DNA of 64,000 nucleotides from Blepharisma stoltei ATCC 30299 (taxonomy: Eukaryota > Protista > Ciliophora), in assembly GCA_965603825.1 (NCBI GenBank), contig CBFDEM010000032.1:186001-250000 (forward strand), read 5' to 3'. This document shows positions 1 to 14,784 of the stretch, piece after piece. Made by a program: the position numbers and the translations under genes. A model generated the notes under the pieces. That model did not search any database. It had not been told where the DNA came from and saw only the letters and a list, made by a program, of their open reading frames with translations. Numbering within the stretch: the first letter of the stretch is position 1; the number at the start of each line of letters is the position of its first letter.

Positions 1-1029
1 AAGTATTATAGCATTTATCGTTTAATTAGAGTAATTATTAATTTTATATTTCACTTAAATAATTAAGTCTTAAACTATTCGTCATTTATACAGCTTGGCC
101 CATCAAGCTATTGACAATACATAAGAAACCGCATCAAAAAATTATCAATTTTATAGGAATTTTGCTTATATGGTGATTCATCCTAAACCTTTTATCATTT
201 CTGCCAGAAAATTATATTAAAGTATCGTAAAAATGAATAAATTTAGTGTAAGAATCATAAAATAGTTTGTTGTTCATTTTTATTAGATCAAAAATCAACA
301 AAGCATTTGAGTTTTTTTGGCTTAATCCTAGCTGAAAATATGATTTATAAGCTGTGTGGCAAGCGATAAGCCCAAATAAAATCATCATTGCATCTCGCCA
401 AAATTCCAAGTATTTGAGGATTCTTATTCAAAAAGTTTTGAACGTTATCATAAAAGCTATGTGTATTTTCTCAAGTATAGCAAGACAAAATATTTTATTG
501 CTAATATAGATACTTAACCTTTTATTTACTGAGCGGACTTTGATCCCTAAAAGCGACAGAAATCATAATGCCTTAGAATTAAACTTTTTGCATTTTTGAA
601 TTTTTTAACTTCTTTAAATTATAAAGAAGATATTTATTATATACCCTCAATAAAAATTAATTTTAGCCAAAATGGAAAGATAGCTCAATTATCTTATGAA
701 GAATTTATCTGGATAAATTAAGTCCTGTTATTAATAGTCTTCTCGAAATTTATAGTGCTTGCTTTTAAAGATTAATTAAAATTATAAATCTAATAATCGA
801 TCTAAAATTATTTTAAAAATGTAATAGATCACCTAACAATAAAAGCTCAAACTCTAATTTAATTAATTTTTTCTTCTCTATACAGTATAAAATTCTCTAT
901 AAAAGTTATGGTAGACAGCTATACTATATGTAAAAATTGCAAATAAAGATTGTTAAAGGGTAAGCTTAATTTTTGTCCATAAGATTCAAAAATAAAGCTC
1001 AGCGAGCTATATCAGTCTTAATATATTTA

Positions 1030-4000
1030 ATGAACTTAGATTCCAAAGAAGATTTGCTGGAGAGCAATGACGCTTTAAAATTCCAATACAAGAAATCATC
1101 CTTTGAGAAACAAAAAAGTCGCATTTTTAAGCTATTTGGAAAAATTTTAAAAGCAAAATACAATTCAAGCTACAAGTTAAAGTCTCAAATAGCAATAGAA
1201 GTCCTCCTCAATGCTATAATTTCTCTTCAATTAATTGCTTTGGCTTGATACCCAAATATGAGCATTTCAGGATGAAGTAGCTATTCAAAGTTTTGGGACA
1301 CAATCAGCATTTTTAACATAAGCAATTTTTGTGGCACCTATGAGATTACTGATTACTGTTTTCATGGGATTGCCTCCATTTTATGCTTCTGCTTAGTAAC
1401 ATTTTTAGGAATGTTCTTTATTGGATATACAAAGTATGAAATTCCAAGGATTTTATTTTGGGTATTAAGAAACTTATTGCTATTTTGTGTTACAGTCTTG
1501 TATATACCTTCATTAATTGAGCTTACATTGGGTTTTAAATATTCCACTTTTAGCTATGAGAAAATTGGTGAATATCCAAGCAATAAAAATTCCGAAATTC
1601 TAAATAAAGGGTCCATGGGAACTATAATGGGTATCATTTTGATACCATTTTTGGTATTTATAGCTTATTTTTGAGAACTATTCACGACAGATACAAAGCA
1701 TATCCTCTGAGATAAGGATTTAAATGCAAGGTCACACTCAGCAGTTGATTTAAAATTTCTAGCGTTCAAGACCTTATTCAGTATCTGCTATATATTAATT
1801 GGGAATGACAATATTGTTACATATCAGATGATTTTCATGGTTTTTTCTTTCTGAATATTTTTAGAATATTTGATGAAATTGCCATATTATAATATTATTG
1901 AAAACTCAATAAAATCTTGTAAGCTGCTATTAGTATCTGTATCATTATTAGCAGTTTTATTAGGAACTATGATAGATAATGCAGGAATTATTTGTATGCT
2001 TAGCTTTTTTGTGCAGCCTGTGATGATTATAATTAATTGCTGTATTATATATACTAAATATAATTACTTGAAAAAATCTCCTGTAAGCTTTCAGAATCAA
2101 CTCTATTTTGAAAGAACAATTAGACACCTGCTATGTAGTAAAAATTTGGAAAATAAATTTGAAATAATTGATTATTTTACTGCATGCTACACTAATAAAA
2201 GGCTAATTAAAGATAAACTAATTGTGGTTTGGGAAGTCAACTATTGTGTATTTTCAATGAAAAACGAAAGGCTAGGAAGAATAAAGTTAGCAAAAGCAAG
2301 CTCGATAATTCCTACAGTTGAAGGGGATATACAAGAATGAATCGCTAATAAAATTATTGATAAAAGGGACAAATCTTCAATAGACTCTCATTATATAGAA
2401 TACTTAGAAAACCTTCATAGAGTAAAACACCAAGATGAAGAAATTTGCTATGAATTAATTGATCTGTGATCAGAACTCTGAGAAAAAAATCCAAAATATG
2501 ATAAATTATTTAAATTTGCAACCAGAAGTGCCGAACTTTTGACTATCCTTAAAGAATTATATGCAAAGCTTATTAAAAAGCATAAGCATTTAGAGCTTTT
2601 TGATCTTTATGTTTCGTTCCTAGAAAGCATATTAGGGGAAATTGGTCAGGCGAATGTTATAAATAGATTTAAAAGCAGCCTAAACCATCAATGAGATTTC
2701 ACAACCGGAGATGAATCTAAAGTAGCCTCATTAGAAGAAAGCTTAGGCATTATTCTTATATCAGCTAACGAAAGCTCATTTGGATTAATTGCACAAATCA
2801 ACGCAAGAGCTTGCCAAATGCTAAAAGGAACTGCTTCGGACCTAATTGGCACTCATTTGTCTTACTATATTCCTTATCCTTATCTTACCGACCATGATGA
2901 TTATATGAGACAGTTTTATACCAATTATTCTTTGGAAGAAATAACTCATATGGGCTGATTTTTCTTAAAAAATGCTCGAGGATTTCTAATTGAATGTGGA
3001 ATCTTAATAAAATTATCTGCTTTTCATAGCAATGCTTATTTTTTAGTGTCTTTAGCACCAAGAAATTCAAGCCGGCAACTAGCACTTATATCAGAAAATG
3101 GCATAATTCAGAACTATACAGAGCTCTTCCCTCATTATATAGGGACAGATATTTATAATATTAGGGGCTATTGCATATCAGAGTTTATCCCTGGCTTAGA
3201 AATATCAGAAATGGAGCTTTTCGAGCCATTTATCATTGAAAATAGTGGAAGGGAAATTGCTATTATTCATATAATAAAGCAATTAAGAACAACAACTATT
3301 CATATGCTTGTCGTTTCTCATACTGAAAAAGAAATCCAATCGTGAAAGAATAGGCAGGAAATTGATCAAATTGAATATTTAAAGAAAATTCAACTGTTTA
3401 ACTATGAAGAGGAAGAAAAATTAAGCAGCGGCATAGCAATAAATCACTCAGAAATAGATATAAGTGTAAAATTTCAGAAAACACCGTCTTTTACTTCAAT
3501 AGTCCATGCTGAAAGCAATATATTCCTAAACGAATCTCCAAGTGAAAACTTTACATTAATAGAAAACAATGAAGGAAAGCTAGCGCAAAACATGCTAAGC
3601 GGCAGCTTATCAAACGTATCAACGTCAAATTTTTATTCATCAGTTTCATATAAATGCATTGAAACTTTATCCAGAAACCTGAAACACTACCAATGAATTT
3701 TAGTATTTTGTGTAATCCTTATATAGATAATGGCAGTAATTGGCACAAATATAGCAATTTTAGGCTATATATACCAAGATGCTAATCATACAAACAGCCT
3801 TAATGTTTTTTCTCATTTTGGCAATTTAATGTTTTATTTGGTAGATTCTGCTGATCTAGCTAGAAGCTTAGACAGCGAGATACGAAATGGGATATATAAC
3901 CTAACAAGAGACCGAGCTCGATTTAATTCTACTATCAATGAGCTTAAAAAGCTAAGGGAGTTTATTTTATCTGACTATGAGGATTGAAGATATTGCTCAA

Positions 4001-5253
4001 GCTCAGACTTGATAATAGACAATTTGATCCCTGTATGAACTTCTAGTCAAATAAAAAAATACAATTTTTACGATGAAGTTGATATATTTATTCAACATGG
4101 TGAAAGCTTATTAGATATGATCGATAGTGGAAGTGCATACTCTACTGATGAAGCGAAATTTTTTGGACTAAATAGCTTTGGGTATACATATGAATTTACT
4201 CATCAAGCAATGCTTAATTTGAGAGATTGCGAAGTTGATAGAGTAAAAGGGCTTGGAAGGTATATAACTGCATGGATATTTATAGGCACTGCTCTATTAG
4301 GAATATTCATAGGAGTATTAATAGTGTATGTGATTTATATGAATCATAACTATGATAAATTTTGGGAATTTTTTAAAAAAAATCTACAAGTTTCTTATAT
4401 AGATCTAAGAATTGTTTGCGTTGAAAGGCTTTGAAAAATACATGGAATTGACTACAAGAGAGATTACTTTGAAGAGGGATCTGAAAGCAAAGATGCAAAA
4501 GCAATCAAATCAAAAATGTATGTTCGATATATTTTAAGGCTTTCTATATTTTTAATTATTGCTTTAACCTATTATATTATCTTGAAATATTATTTGTACG
4601 ACCAATGCGAAAGTTTTCTCATAAATAGACCAAATCTGCTAATAGATCTCATATCAAAAAGAACATTATTATCTCGTATGAGTGTGTTTGCAAGAGATAT
4701 TTCATCTACAAGCAATATAAAATGGTTTCCAAATACATATGGAGTTGCCAATTCGAATTTAGAATTTACTGTAAGTAATGAAAAATTTAAAGCTGCCAAT
4801 TCACAACTTAGAAACACAAATTTTTTAAGGTTAATTCAAAATGATATGAAAGCTCAAATATTTGAAGGCTTAGATACCACCGACCCATATTTAAGGCAAG
4901 GAACGTATGCAGCTTCTAATATTGCATATATAGATGCAAAATTTGCTTCGAATCCTATAGATATAAAAGACATTATTATATTGGAAAACTACATATCAAT
5001 TGAAGTAGCTCTTCAAAGCTCTTTGGGAGTTGAATACGATGCTATTGATCATGGCTCAAAACAAATCATAAACCATGAATTAAATTTAATTATATATGTG
5101 ACCGTAGCTTTCTCATTAGCTTTAGTATTGGTTTTTACATTTTTTTACCTTCCTTTTATTTTTAATGAAAAAAAATCGCTGATAAAGCTTAAAGTTCTGA
5201 TGTCAATTGTACCAAATTCCAAGCTGGACTCAAAGGCTGAACTTATAAAATAA
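1030..5253 (+). CDS. TmcB/TmcC-like multi-pass membrane PAS-domain protein, copy 1 (~1402 aa; UGA=Trp; one 15-nt intron 3712-3726)
   Basis: ORF-track pieces 973, 1411, 1870, 3046, 3730, 4117 and 4516 share one frame and are separated only by TGA codons plus one intron. N-terminal TM cluster with LPYYNxIENxIK motif, helical region, PAS segment (GIILISANESSFGLIAQIN...IPYPYLTDHDDY), four C-terminal TM segments. Confidence 0.85.
3712..3726 (+). other. 15-nt spliceosomal intron GTAATCCTTATATAG
   Basis: GT..AG, A at position 10, carries an in-frame TAG. Removal restores colinearity with paralogs (..ILVFC^IMAVIGTNI..). Confidence 0.9.
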
Positions 5254-5398
5254 ATTTCCAAGGTTTATTATAATTTCTACAATAATACAAATTTAAAGCT
5301 TAGCAACATTTCTTCATATAATTTTTAAAGTAATTAAAGAAAGAATAAAAATGTACATTATTTATGGTGTATATAGCAAAATTAATTAGAAAGTTGTG

Positions 5399-8300
5399 CT
5401 ACATCCCTTGGTCTTTTTTTAAGTAAACAATTGTCATTAAAGTTCTCAATTTTTTGATAACTTCTAATTCATCTCTTAGAAAAGGAAGATAATATACAAA
5501 AAACAAAAGAAAAAGCACGACAGAATAAATTTCAGTTACGTAAATCAAGGTATCTAGCTCATCATATATGGCATCTTTTGAATCTTGATTAGCTTGATCA
5601 TATTCATTCCCAATCATATCCTGCAAAATCGTATAATTGCCGATGAAATCTGATCTTTCTCAATCAGCGACTTTTATTTGGCTGCCAATATAATATGACT
5701 CTAGAATAATGAAATTTAGCCCAGATAAAGTTCCATACTTTAGAAAATTTTGTTTATTATTTGTTTTTTCAAATATTATTGCTTTTAAGCTTGCTGACAT
5801 CAAATTTTTATAATCATTATTTCGCAGCTCAAAATCTTTTGTTTTTAAATCTTTTATAGTTTCGTTTAAGCTTAAAGCAGGATTTTTAAAATCGTATGAA
5901 TTCGGATAATATTTTAATGTTCTTGGGTTATTTACATCTCTTGCTCAATATCCCATTCTTGATATTCAAGCTTTAGTGTATACGAAATAGCTAAGAAGAG
6001 CCGGACGATGTTTCATATCAGTTTCGCATTTATCATACAAATAAAAATAAATTAAAAAATAAAATGACAAAGAGATCATAACAAAAGCAAGCAGCCTTTT
6101 TGTGTATTTATATAAAATCCTTGATCTAATAACTCGGATTGTATTTTTATTAAGCTTTGGCTGTATATCTGTAGGAGGTATATCTAAAACTCCAAAAGTA
6201 GTTGCCAGTCTTTCTATTGCTGAGTCTTTTAAAATCCCATAAGAGTTTACAGTAATTCTTCTTATATGGTATCAAAACTCATCATATTGCTTTTGAATAG
6301 AAAATGCGAAATATAAAATAACTCCAGCACAACATACAATAATAAATATACCAAGTATTAATAAAGCATGTATGCTGAAGCTCGCCGAAATAATCTTATC
6401 AACTTCACAGTTTTCTAGATCTTTTAAAGAATTGCTTATATACTCATATGTAAATGTCAAACTGTTTATAACTAGAAAACTTAAATCAGGATGATAATCT
6501 GAGTTTGTATTAATTGCATCTATAAAGCTATATCCCTAAATAAAAAATACATGCGCAATAAATTCTCCAATTGTGTCATAAAGATTAAGATTTTTCATAT
6601 AAGGAGTCTTAGTATTAAAAAATCACATAGGAATAAGATTTTCTTTAACAATTTTTGAACTGGAGCAGTAACTTCAATAATCGTAATCCGATAAAATTGT
6701 GCTTTTTAAATCTGCTAAATAACCAATTTCGTTAGTAAATAAAGGCAAGTCGCGAGAAATGTTATATCTTTTATCCGCAACTTCGGCATCCAAAGTGCGC
6801 ACAAGCTCAGAGTAAGAGCTTATTTGAAATAAAATTTCACCTAAATGTCCAATAGTTCCTAAAGAAACTTCGTGCGAAACTGTTCCTTCAACCACGAGAA
6901 GTATTGAAACATTTGTAATAATCATAGCAATAATGGAAAAAAATACCACATATTTGAATACCTTTAAGGAATTTTCTGTGCCTTTTGAAAAATTTTTGGA
7001 AATTTCTTTACCTTTAGAGCTTGAAGAAACACTTAATAACTGATTTCGAGATCCTGACAAGACTATATCACCTCCATCATCAGCGTCTTCCTTATCATTT
7101 GAGCTATGAATTTTTATTGAATTTTTTCTGTGATATTTATTGTCTTCCTCCGCTTTAAAATCACGTATTACTTTTTCTCTCATTGCTAGCATGTCTTTTG
7201 GGATATTAGTTCCTTCATTATATGAAATGCTTGACATTCGCTGATATGAGAAGCCTTTTCTGACCAGCTCAATTTCATCGCTGTCATGAAAAATCGCTAT
7301 AAGATGAAGCTTAGAAGACTTAAAAGTGATATCAATAATGTAAAATATCAGCATTCTACCATTAAATAAGCTGAAATGAGGCTCGTTATGTGATCATTTT
7401 GAAACTTGAGGTAAATAATCTAAGATGCATGCTCCTTTGTGAATTGTTTTTTTATTGGAATTAAATAGCCCAGGCACCAATATAGAGTAGCTTAAAATAT
7501 TCATTTCATCTGATAGTAAAATCACTTGTCTTGATGAATTCGATGGCAAAAGTAAAACCAGCACATAAGCATCATCATTTGCCGTAGTCAGCGTAGCACT
7601 GATTTTACATTCCAATAAAAATCCTTGATAATCTTGAATGAAAAATTTCTCGGGAAGTGGAATCGCTGTAGTTGAGCAAGAGTCATAAAATTGTTTCATA
7701 TATTCAGTATGATGCAAGTTGTAAGGCCAAGGAATAAAGTCCATAAAATTATATTCAGTTCTGCTATAGCTTGGGATCCCTAAAAATTGTTTCGTTTTGT
7801 CATTCATAGAAGTTATGCAACCAAATGAATTTCTATTTAGAGAAATCAAAAAAACGCAAGTGTAAGGCCCGAAAATATCGATTTTATAATAATCATTTAC
7901 TGTATCCATAATATGGAGAGCATTTTTTTTTCGATTTATTATCATAGCTTCCTCATAATCGCCAAGCAGATTATCTAAGAAACTGCTGTAAAAATCAAAT
8001 ACTTCAAAATTACGGTATTTCCCTATAAGTGAGCTATAAAGGGAAGTTATTTTTTCTGTGTTATCAGATATTTTTTTTACTAAATCCATCAACTTATTGA
8101 AATCAGGATGTCTTGAAGCGATTTCATCCCATAAAACCAAAAACATATAGCATAGCTCTTTATCAAAAGACTTAACATTTCCAAAATCAATTAAATACTG
8201 AATATATCTCATGTCAGATAAATTTTCTTTCTTAATAATTTTGTCGATTCTCCATTTCTGGATGCCTCCTTCTATCGTTGGGTAGAATTCTTTAATTTTT

Positions 8301-9553
8301 AGCAGCTTTACTCTTCCCAGCCTTACATCTTTAAGAGTGCGTAAACAAAAATTTGTCTCTCATATTCCAAATAAATCTGTTTTCTTGATAGTAAAGTCCT
8401 TTTGAAAATCTGAAAACATCTCAAAAATTGCATCTCTATTGCTTTCTTCATAATTTATTAATAATTTTCTTATTTTCAGTTCAAAGTGTCATTGATATTT
8501 CATGCGAAAATCGATATGGGCAGAATTTCAGTCAACCCTCCTCACAACCAAAAGCATAATAATTGGTTGCAAAAAAAGAAAAAAAATCACAGTTATAGAA
8601 GCATCATCTGCGAACTTGGCAAAAATAAATGATAAAGAAGTCACCCCTAAAGTGCAAAGCTTGCATGATTGAATTGAGTTTTCTAAAGGATCATAATAGG
8701 GTAAAGTTGAGATAAATAAATAAGTTACTAAAATTGAAATTAAAACTTGGAAAATTTGTAAATAAATCGCTGTGTCTGTGCTGAAAGAGTAATAAATAGC
8801 ACACATGAGTGCGTAAACAAAAATTAAAAAAACATCTAGATCAGATTTAGACCTAGCTTTAAAATTTTTATGTGAATTTGAATGATTAACATCGGCAGTG
8901 AATAATTCGTAGCCATAAACAAAAACCAATAGAAGTATAAAATATGAGATACTTAAAAATACTCCAAAACCTCCTAAATCAGCTGTTTTTTCTTCATGTG
9001 AGTCACTTCCATATTTTGTTTTTTTAGGTTGAATATTTACTGAATATTTAAAGGTTTCGATCAAAATCATCATTAGAGGTATAAAAATCAAGCTTGTTAG
9101 TGGATATATGATTTTTCTAGAAAAAATGACTATGTACTTTGGAGTATTTTTCCAGTAGAGCTTTAAAACTCCTAGCAGAAATATACTCAAAAATACATAA
9201 GATAGAAGAGAAAAAGCTCCGTAAAAGCAAATATTGAAAATCCCTATTCAGTCACAAAAACTTTCGATGTTGAAATACCCTAGAAATTCTCAAAAATATT
9301 TATAATTATCTCAATTGGATATTTTCATATCAGAATATCAGCATAAAGAATTCATTTGGAGAGAAATAATTATATTGATAATTAATTCAATAATAATTTG
9401 CCCCTTTCTGCTGAAATTTTGTCTATGCTTTGCGCTGAAAATCGTTCCAAAATAATTGTAAAGTTGAAATATTTTGTTTTCAAAAGATGATTCATTTTGA
9501 GAAAATTCATGCGCTGAATTCTCGCTTATGAGAAATTCGTTTTTCTCAAACAT
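5399..9553 (-). CDS. TmcB/TmcC-like membrane PAS-domain protein, copy 2 (~1379 aa; one 15-nt intron 6536-6550)
   Basis: Minus-strand ORF pieces 9553, 9190, 8212, 7354, 6460 and 5626 are in one frame joined through TGA. Same motifs as copy 1 (LPYYDPLENSIQSCK; FIPWPYNLHHTEY; LENCEVDKI). Confidence 0.85.
6536..6550 (-). other. 15-nt intron GTATTTTTTATTTAG
   Basis: GT..AG on the minus strand, A at position 10, in-frame TAG. Same protein position as intron 13138-13152 of copy 3. Confidence 0.9.
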
Positions 9554-10059
9554 ATTTATATATATGGAATAAGTTTTAAGCCCATGGGTTTTTTATATAA
9601 ATATTTTTTTTAGAACTATACTTGTGAAAAATTAACAGTAATCAATATAATAAATATGAATTCTTGATGCTTTTCAAGCCTAGTAAGTTTACATTTTCCA
9701 TCATTAATGATTAATAAATTAATATTAATAGGGATTCAGCTAAATAATTGAAGAAACAGAGTTAAAGATAAATAATTATAGACTTAGAGAGAAAGCTTAT
9801 TTAATCTGATGTATATACTCAAAAAAAAATAAAAAATCCAAATATTTTATTAAATTTTTATAAATAAAAACACAGCTAGAGTAAAATTATTGGGTCTAAG
9901 TTTTCCTCTACATAGCTTTAATATATCGAAAATCCTTTAACTGAACAATGATAAATAATTTGAGGTCTATTGTGCAAATAAAGGCAAAATACTATAATTT
10001 AACCATGAATTTTAACTTTTCAATCGAATCGGTTTGCTAATATAAAAAATATAAGAAAA

Positions 10060-13000
10060 ATGTATGCAAGCTCGAACTTTAATTTGTTCGAAAACAGGGA
10101 TATGCTTGAAGTAAATGTAAGTCAAGGCTTTTTTAAGCCTTGAGAATTATTTTTATTTGAAATTTTTGAAAAGATTTTCCATCTAAAATACAATGAAAAA
10201 GTAAAATTCCGTCAGCAAATTATCACAGAAATTTTTACCAATACTTTGATGAGTCTACAGATGATTTCTCTTGCTTGATACGCTACTATGGATATATCAG
10301 AGTGAGACTATTATTATGGGTTTTGAAAATTGGTTGGATACTTAAACTTTGTTAGTTTTTGTGACTCATTGCAGATTATTGAGTTATGCCTATACTTACA
10401 AATTTTTCTAATAGGGTTTTGCATGGCTAACTTTTTACTTATTTTAATCTATAGGATTTTTAAGAAAATTTATCATCCTACAGCTTATTTTATTTTGAGA
10501 AAAGTAGCTGAATTTTTATCTACTATATTTTATATCCCTTGCACTTTAACATTAAGTTTACTATTCAAATATTCAATATTAGACTATCCTTTAATTGAAG
10601 AGTTTTCTGGTAAGCACGATGCAGTGAAAATCAATTTGGGACCTGCTGGAGCATTTTTGAGTCTTATTTTGATGGGATTTTTATATCTAATGGCTTTAAT
10701 TTACACTTTATTTTCAGCTGATATTAGACATTTTTACGTAACCAAAAATTTTGTTTCCAAGTCAAATTCGACAGCAGATTTGTATCTTGTGTCGTTTATC
10801 ACAGCTGAATGCTGACTTTTTGTTTTATTTGGCTATAATTCTACTCTATATTATCAAACAGCTCTAGCTTGCTTCTCGATAGGTATTTTTTTATCAATAT
10901 TTTATTCCTTACCTTATTATAACCCTCTTGAAAATGGCATAAAAGCCTTTAACATTTTAAGCCTTGCAATTGCGTCAATAATTTTTTTATTTGGAAGAAT
11001 GATTGACAATTCCTTAATTATTATCCTACTCAATATATTTTTGCAACCTTTATTATGCTACTTTACAATTAGAGGAGCAAAAATTAATTTTTTTCATCTA
11101 AAATTAAAAGGAGGGATTCCGAAAAATCAATATGATTTTGAAAGGATTTCTAGACATATTTTATGCCAACGAAAGCAAGATAATCCTTCGCAAGTTATTG
11201 ATTATTTTACAAAGTGTTCCAAAGATAAGAATTTTAAAAAAGATAGATTGTTTGTGGTATGAGAGGTAAACTTTTGCCTTTATATAATGGAAGATGAAAG
11301 ATTAGCAAGAATTAAATTAATACAGATTTTATCAGAATTACCAAGTGCAGAAGGGATGGTTCAGTCCTGAAGAGCTGTAAAGCATGTTGATGAAATAAGC
11401 TCAGATTTATTTACTGATGTAATTTATTTATCTTATTTAACCGATTTATATAGAGTAAAACGGCAAGATGAAGAATTATGCTATTCTTTACTAGATTTGT
11501 GATCAGAGATTTCGTCTAAAAGCCCAAGATTTTTTAAGCTTCACCATTTAGTGATAATGATTTCTGACTATATTTCAGATATAAAGAAGGTTTATGATGT
11601 TTTAGTAACAAAGCACAAACATGCTCAAATATTTGATCAATATATTTCATTTCTCGAAAATATTTTAGGCGACTCCGATTATGCTAATATTATAAACTCT
11701 CGTAAGATCGGCCTACAGAACGCTGCTAATTCTAGGGGTGGAGATGAAAACTTGTTAAATCCCTATAGTGACAAAAATGGAATTTTTTTAATCTCAGTTA
11801 ACCAAGAGTCGTTTGGATTAATATCATATATCAACGAAAAAGCTGCACAAATTTTAAGGGTTTCAACAACTGATGTTATCGGCGCTCCATTTTATCAATT
11901 TGTTCCTTATCCTTATTCAATAGGCCATGACTGGTTCCTCAAAGAATATTTTCAAAATTGTTCGAGGCCTGAAATAATTAAGCGTAATTGAATGTTTTTA
12001 CAAAATCAGATGGGATACTTAGTGGAATGCAAATTTATTATAAGAATCACAGCATTAAGTAATTGCGCATATATATTAGTGTCAATAAAATCAAGAGACA
12101 CAACTAGGCAAATTGCAATGCTATCAAGTGATGGAATTATTTATAATTACAGTGTATTATTTCCTCATTATATAGGAGCAGGAAACCAAAATATCAGATG
12201 AATGCACCTAACTAGTTTTATGCCGAGAATGTATATATCAGAAATGCGAGTATGTGAGCCATATATTATTAATTTAGGAGGCCAAGAATTAGCATTTGCG
12301 CATAGAACGATTCAGTTGAGAACAGCATTAATCCATGTATTAGTTGTGATAAATGACGATAAAGAAATTCAGTTGTGAAAAGAAAGAAGAGATACAGATC
12401 AAATTGAGTATTTTGGAACAGGCGATATTACTGACGAAGAAATTCGGATTCATGAGAGTATGAATTTTTCAATAAGTAGAATCAGCAAGCTTGGAAAAGT
12501 CAAATTTCAAGATCTTCAAGACCAAGAAAACCGGATGGAATCACCGAATCACAGCGAAGCAGATTCTGGTGCACAATTTTTGGATGACACTTTGAATGCG
12601 ATGAGTGATTTAGTAGATGAAGGTAAGGCAGAATCACTTTTTGAAAAGCAAGCCCAAAATACTTCTTCAGGTATATTTTAAATAGTTATCATCCAAAAAT
12701 TAGTTGATGATACCACAAAATATTTCAAAACATTTGAAATTATTTTATTTTTTTCTATTATAGCAACAATTGGCATGAGTATAGGAGTATTAATATACAC
12801 ATATAGAGACGTTCAACATACAAGCGAAATAACTATTTTCACTCATCTGGGCGAGCTATGATATAGATTCAGCCATATGGGCGATACAACAAGAACACTA
12901 TGATTTGAAACTAATTATGGAGTATTAAATGTTACTCGAGAGTTCTTATCATTCAACGATACAATAAATACTCTGATATTCATTAAAAACGAACTGCTAA

Positions 13001-14310
13001 ATGATCTGTCTGAATGAACTTATTGTTCTGCATCAAGCATTGTGACTGATTCTAAAATAGGAATTTGGAATTTCGATGGACCTCCTCACATAGACAATTA
13101 TAATCTCTATGATACTGTCCAATTATTAATTTCAGCTGTAATAATTATTTAGGGACAAACTCTGATGGCTAAAATTGAAAGAAAAGTATCAATTATTGAT
13201 GAGGCTCAGTTTATTATAATTAATTGTTTAGGAACAGCTTATAATGCTGTTACAAATACGATAAAAGATTTAGGCAACTGCGAAGAAAGTAGAGTAAAAG
13301 AAAATGGAACAAAAATCACTCTACTTTTATTTTTTGGGATTTTAGCTGTGGGATGCTTTCATGCAATTTTGATCTATTATATTTATTTGATAAACAGAAA
13401 ATATAATGCATTTTGGAGTTTTGTACAGCAAATATCATCATTGTCATATATAGATTTACGAATGGCATGTGTAGACAGGCTCTCCAATGTTCATGGGATT
13501 GAGTATGATCTTATAGAGAATTCTGTGCGCATTCGATCACAAAAAGATAAGGCTGCAAAAATTCATACCAAAATCTATATAAAATTGATCCTTCACTTAT
13601 CAATTTTTTTTCTTATTGTTTTGTTTTACTTTTTATTCCAAAAATTTTATTTATATGATAAGTGTGAAAATCTAATGAAAAATCGCCCATATTTGATCGA
13701 AAATTTTTCTTACAGAAGAGCAACACTGTCAATGCTCTCACTTTTTTCTAGAGATACAAACACTCAAGAATACAAAAAATGATTTCCTCTTTCCTATGAT
13801 TTCACAAACTCGTGGAGCGAGTATAAGCAAGCATCTGAAATTCTCAAAAAAAAAGGCTTAGAAGCAAGGATTAGCAAATTTAAAATATTAATGTCTGATA
13901 AACTCAAAAAAAGAGTTTTTGAAGGCATAGACACTTATAATATGAAATTGCGTCTAGGAGATTTAGCTGCAACAAATTTAGTCTATTTTGATGCAGTTTA
14001 TATAGCTGCTGCTGCTCAGCAAATGAATACAGTTAATGATATCTGAAACTTTGTAGATAGTATTTATCAGCTACAAGTTGAGATGGGGATTGATTATCAA
14101 ATGGCCAGCGAAGACTCCAAAGATGCTATTAATTTGCAATTGTCCTATATTGTATATACTACGATTATGTTTTCAATTGTCCTAATTTCGCTGTATGTTT
14201 TTTATTATTTTCCTTTGCTGAGGCACGAAAAAATTGTATTAAAAAAGCTTCAAATTATGACGCAGATAATTCCATGCACAAATAATCATTTAAAAGATCT
14301 TACCATATAA
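10060..14310 (+). CDS. TmcB/TmcC-like membrane PAS-domain protein, copy 3 (~1406 aa; introns 12671-12685 and 13138-13152)
   Basis: ATG at 10060 is in frame with ORF pieces 10330, 10999, 11551, 11992, 12460, 13165 and 14083. Only TGA codons and two 15-nt introns interrupt. PAS: GIFLISVNQESFGLISYINEKAAQIL...FVPYPYSIGHDWF. Confidence 0.85.
12671..12685 (+). other. 15-nt intron GTATATTTTAAATAG
   Basis: GT..AG, A at position 10, contains the in-frame TAA that ends ORF 12460-12681. Confidence 0.88.
13138..13152 (+). other. 15-nt intron GTAATAATTATTTAG
   Basis: GT..AG, A at position 10, in-frame TAG. Confidence 0.9.
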
Positions 14311-14784
14311 ATTTTAACAAGTTGCTTAAATTTAAGTATTTTTATCAAAACTTATCAAAAAATTCGCCTGCTATAATTTTTAGAAGTGCAATTTAAGCTA
14401 TTAACTAAATTATTGACATTTTTGTTAAAATAAAATAATTCACAGGCTTCAGCACAAGAAATATGATAATAAATTCAATAAAATAAAAAATTTAATTCTC
14501 TCAGATATATTTTACTTTGTGAAGATTAAAATAATTAGCATTTAATGCTTAAGTGAATTTTAAATTTTATTTGACTCAAACTTTATCACTTTCTTAATTT
14601 GATTTTGATTTTTATGCTATAATTAAAAATTTTCAATTATAATTTCTTTGAAAATTACAAATTTTTGCTGGAATTGCTTGAAAATATTTATAAATGACAC
14701 AAATCCGCTTTAATTGCCAATTTCTCCTTCTATTTATATTTTGAACTTAAGACAAAAGAGCTAAGAAGTTCTAATATAATTAAA

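Noticed and set aside
212-409. 65-aa minus-strand ORF
   Set aside because: AT-rich, no recognisable motif. Likely intergenic chance ORF.
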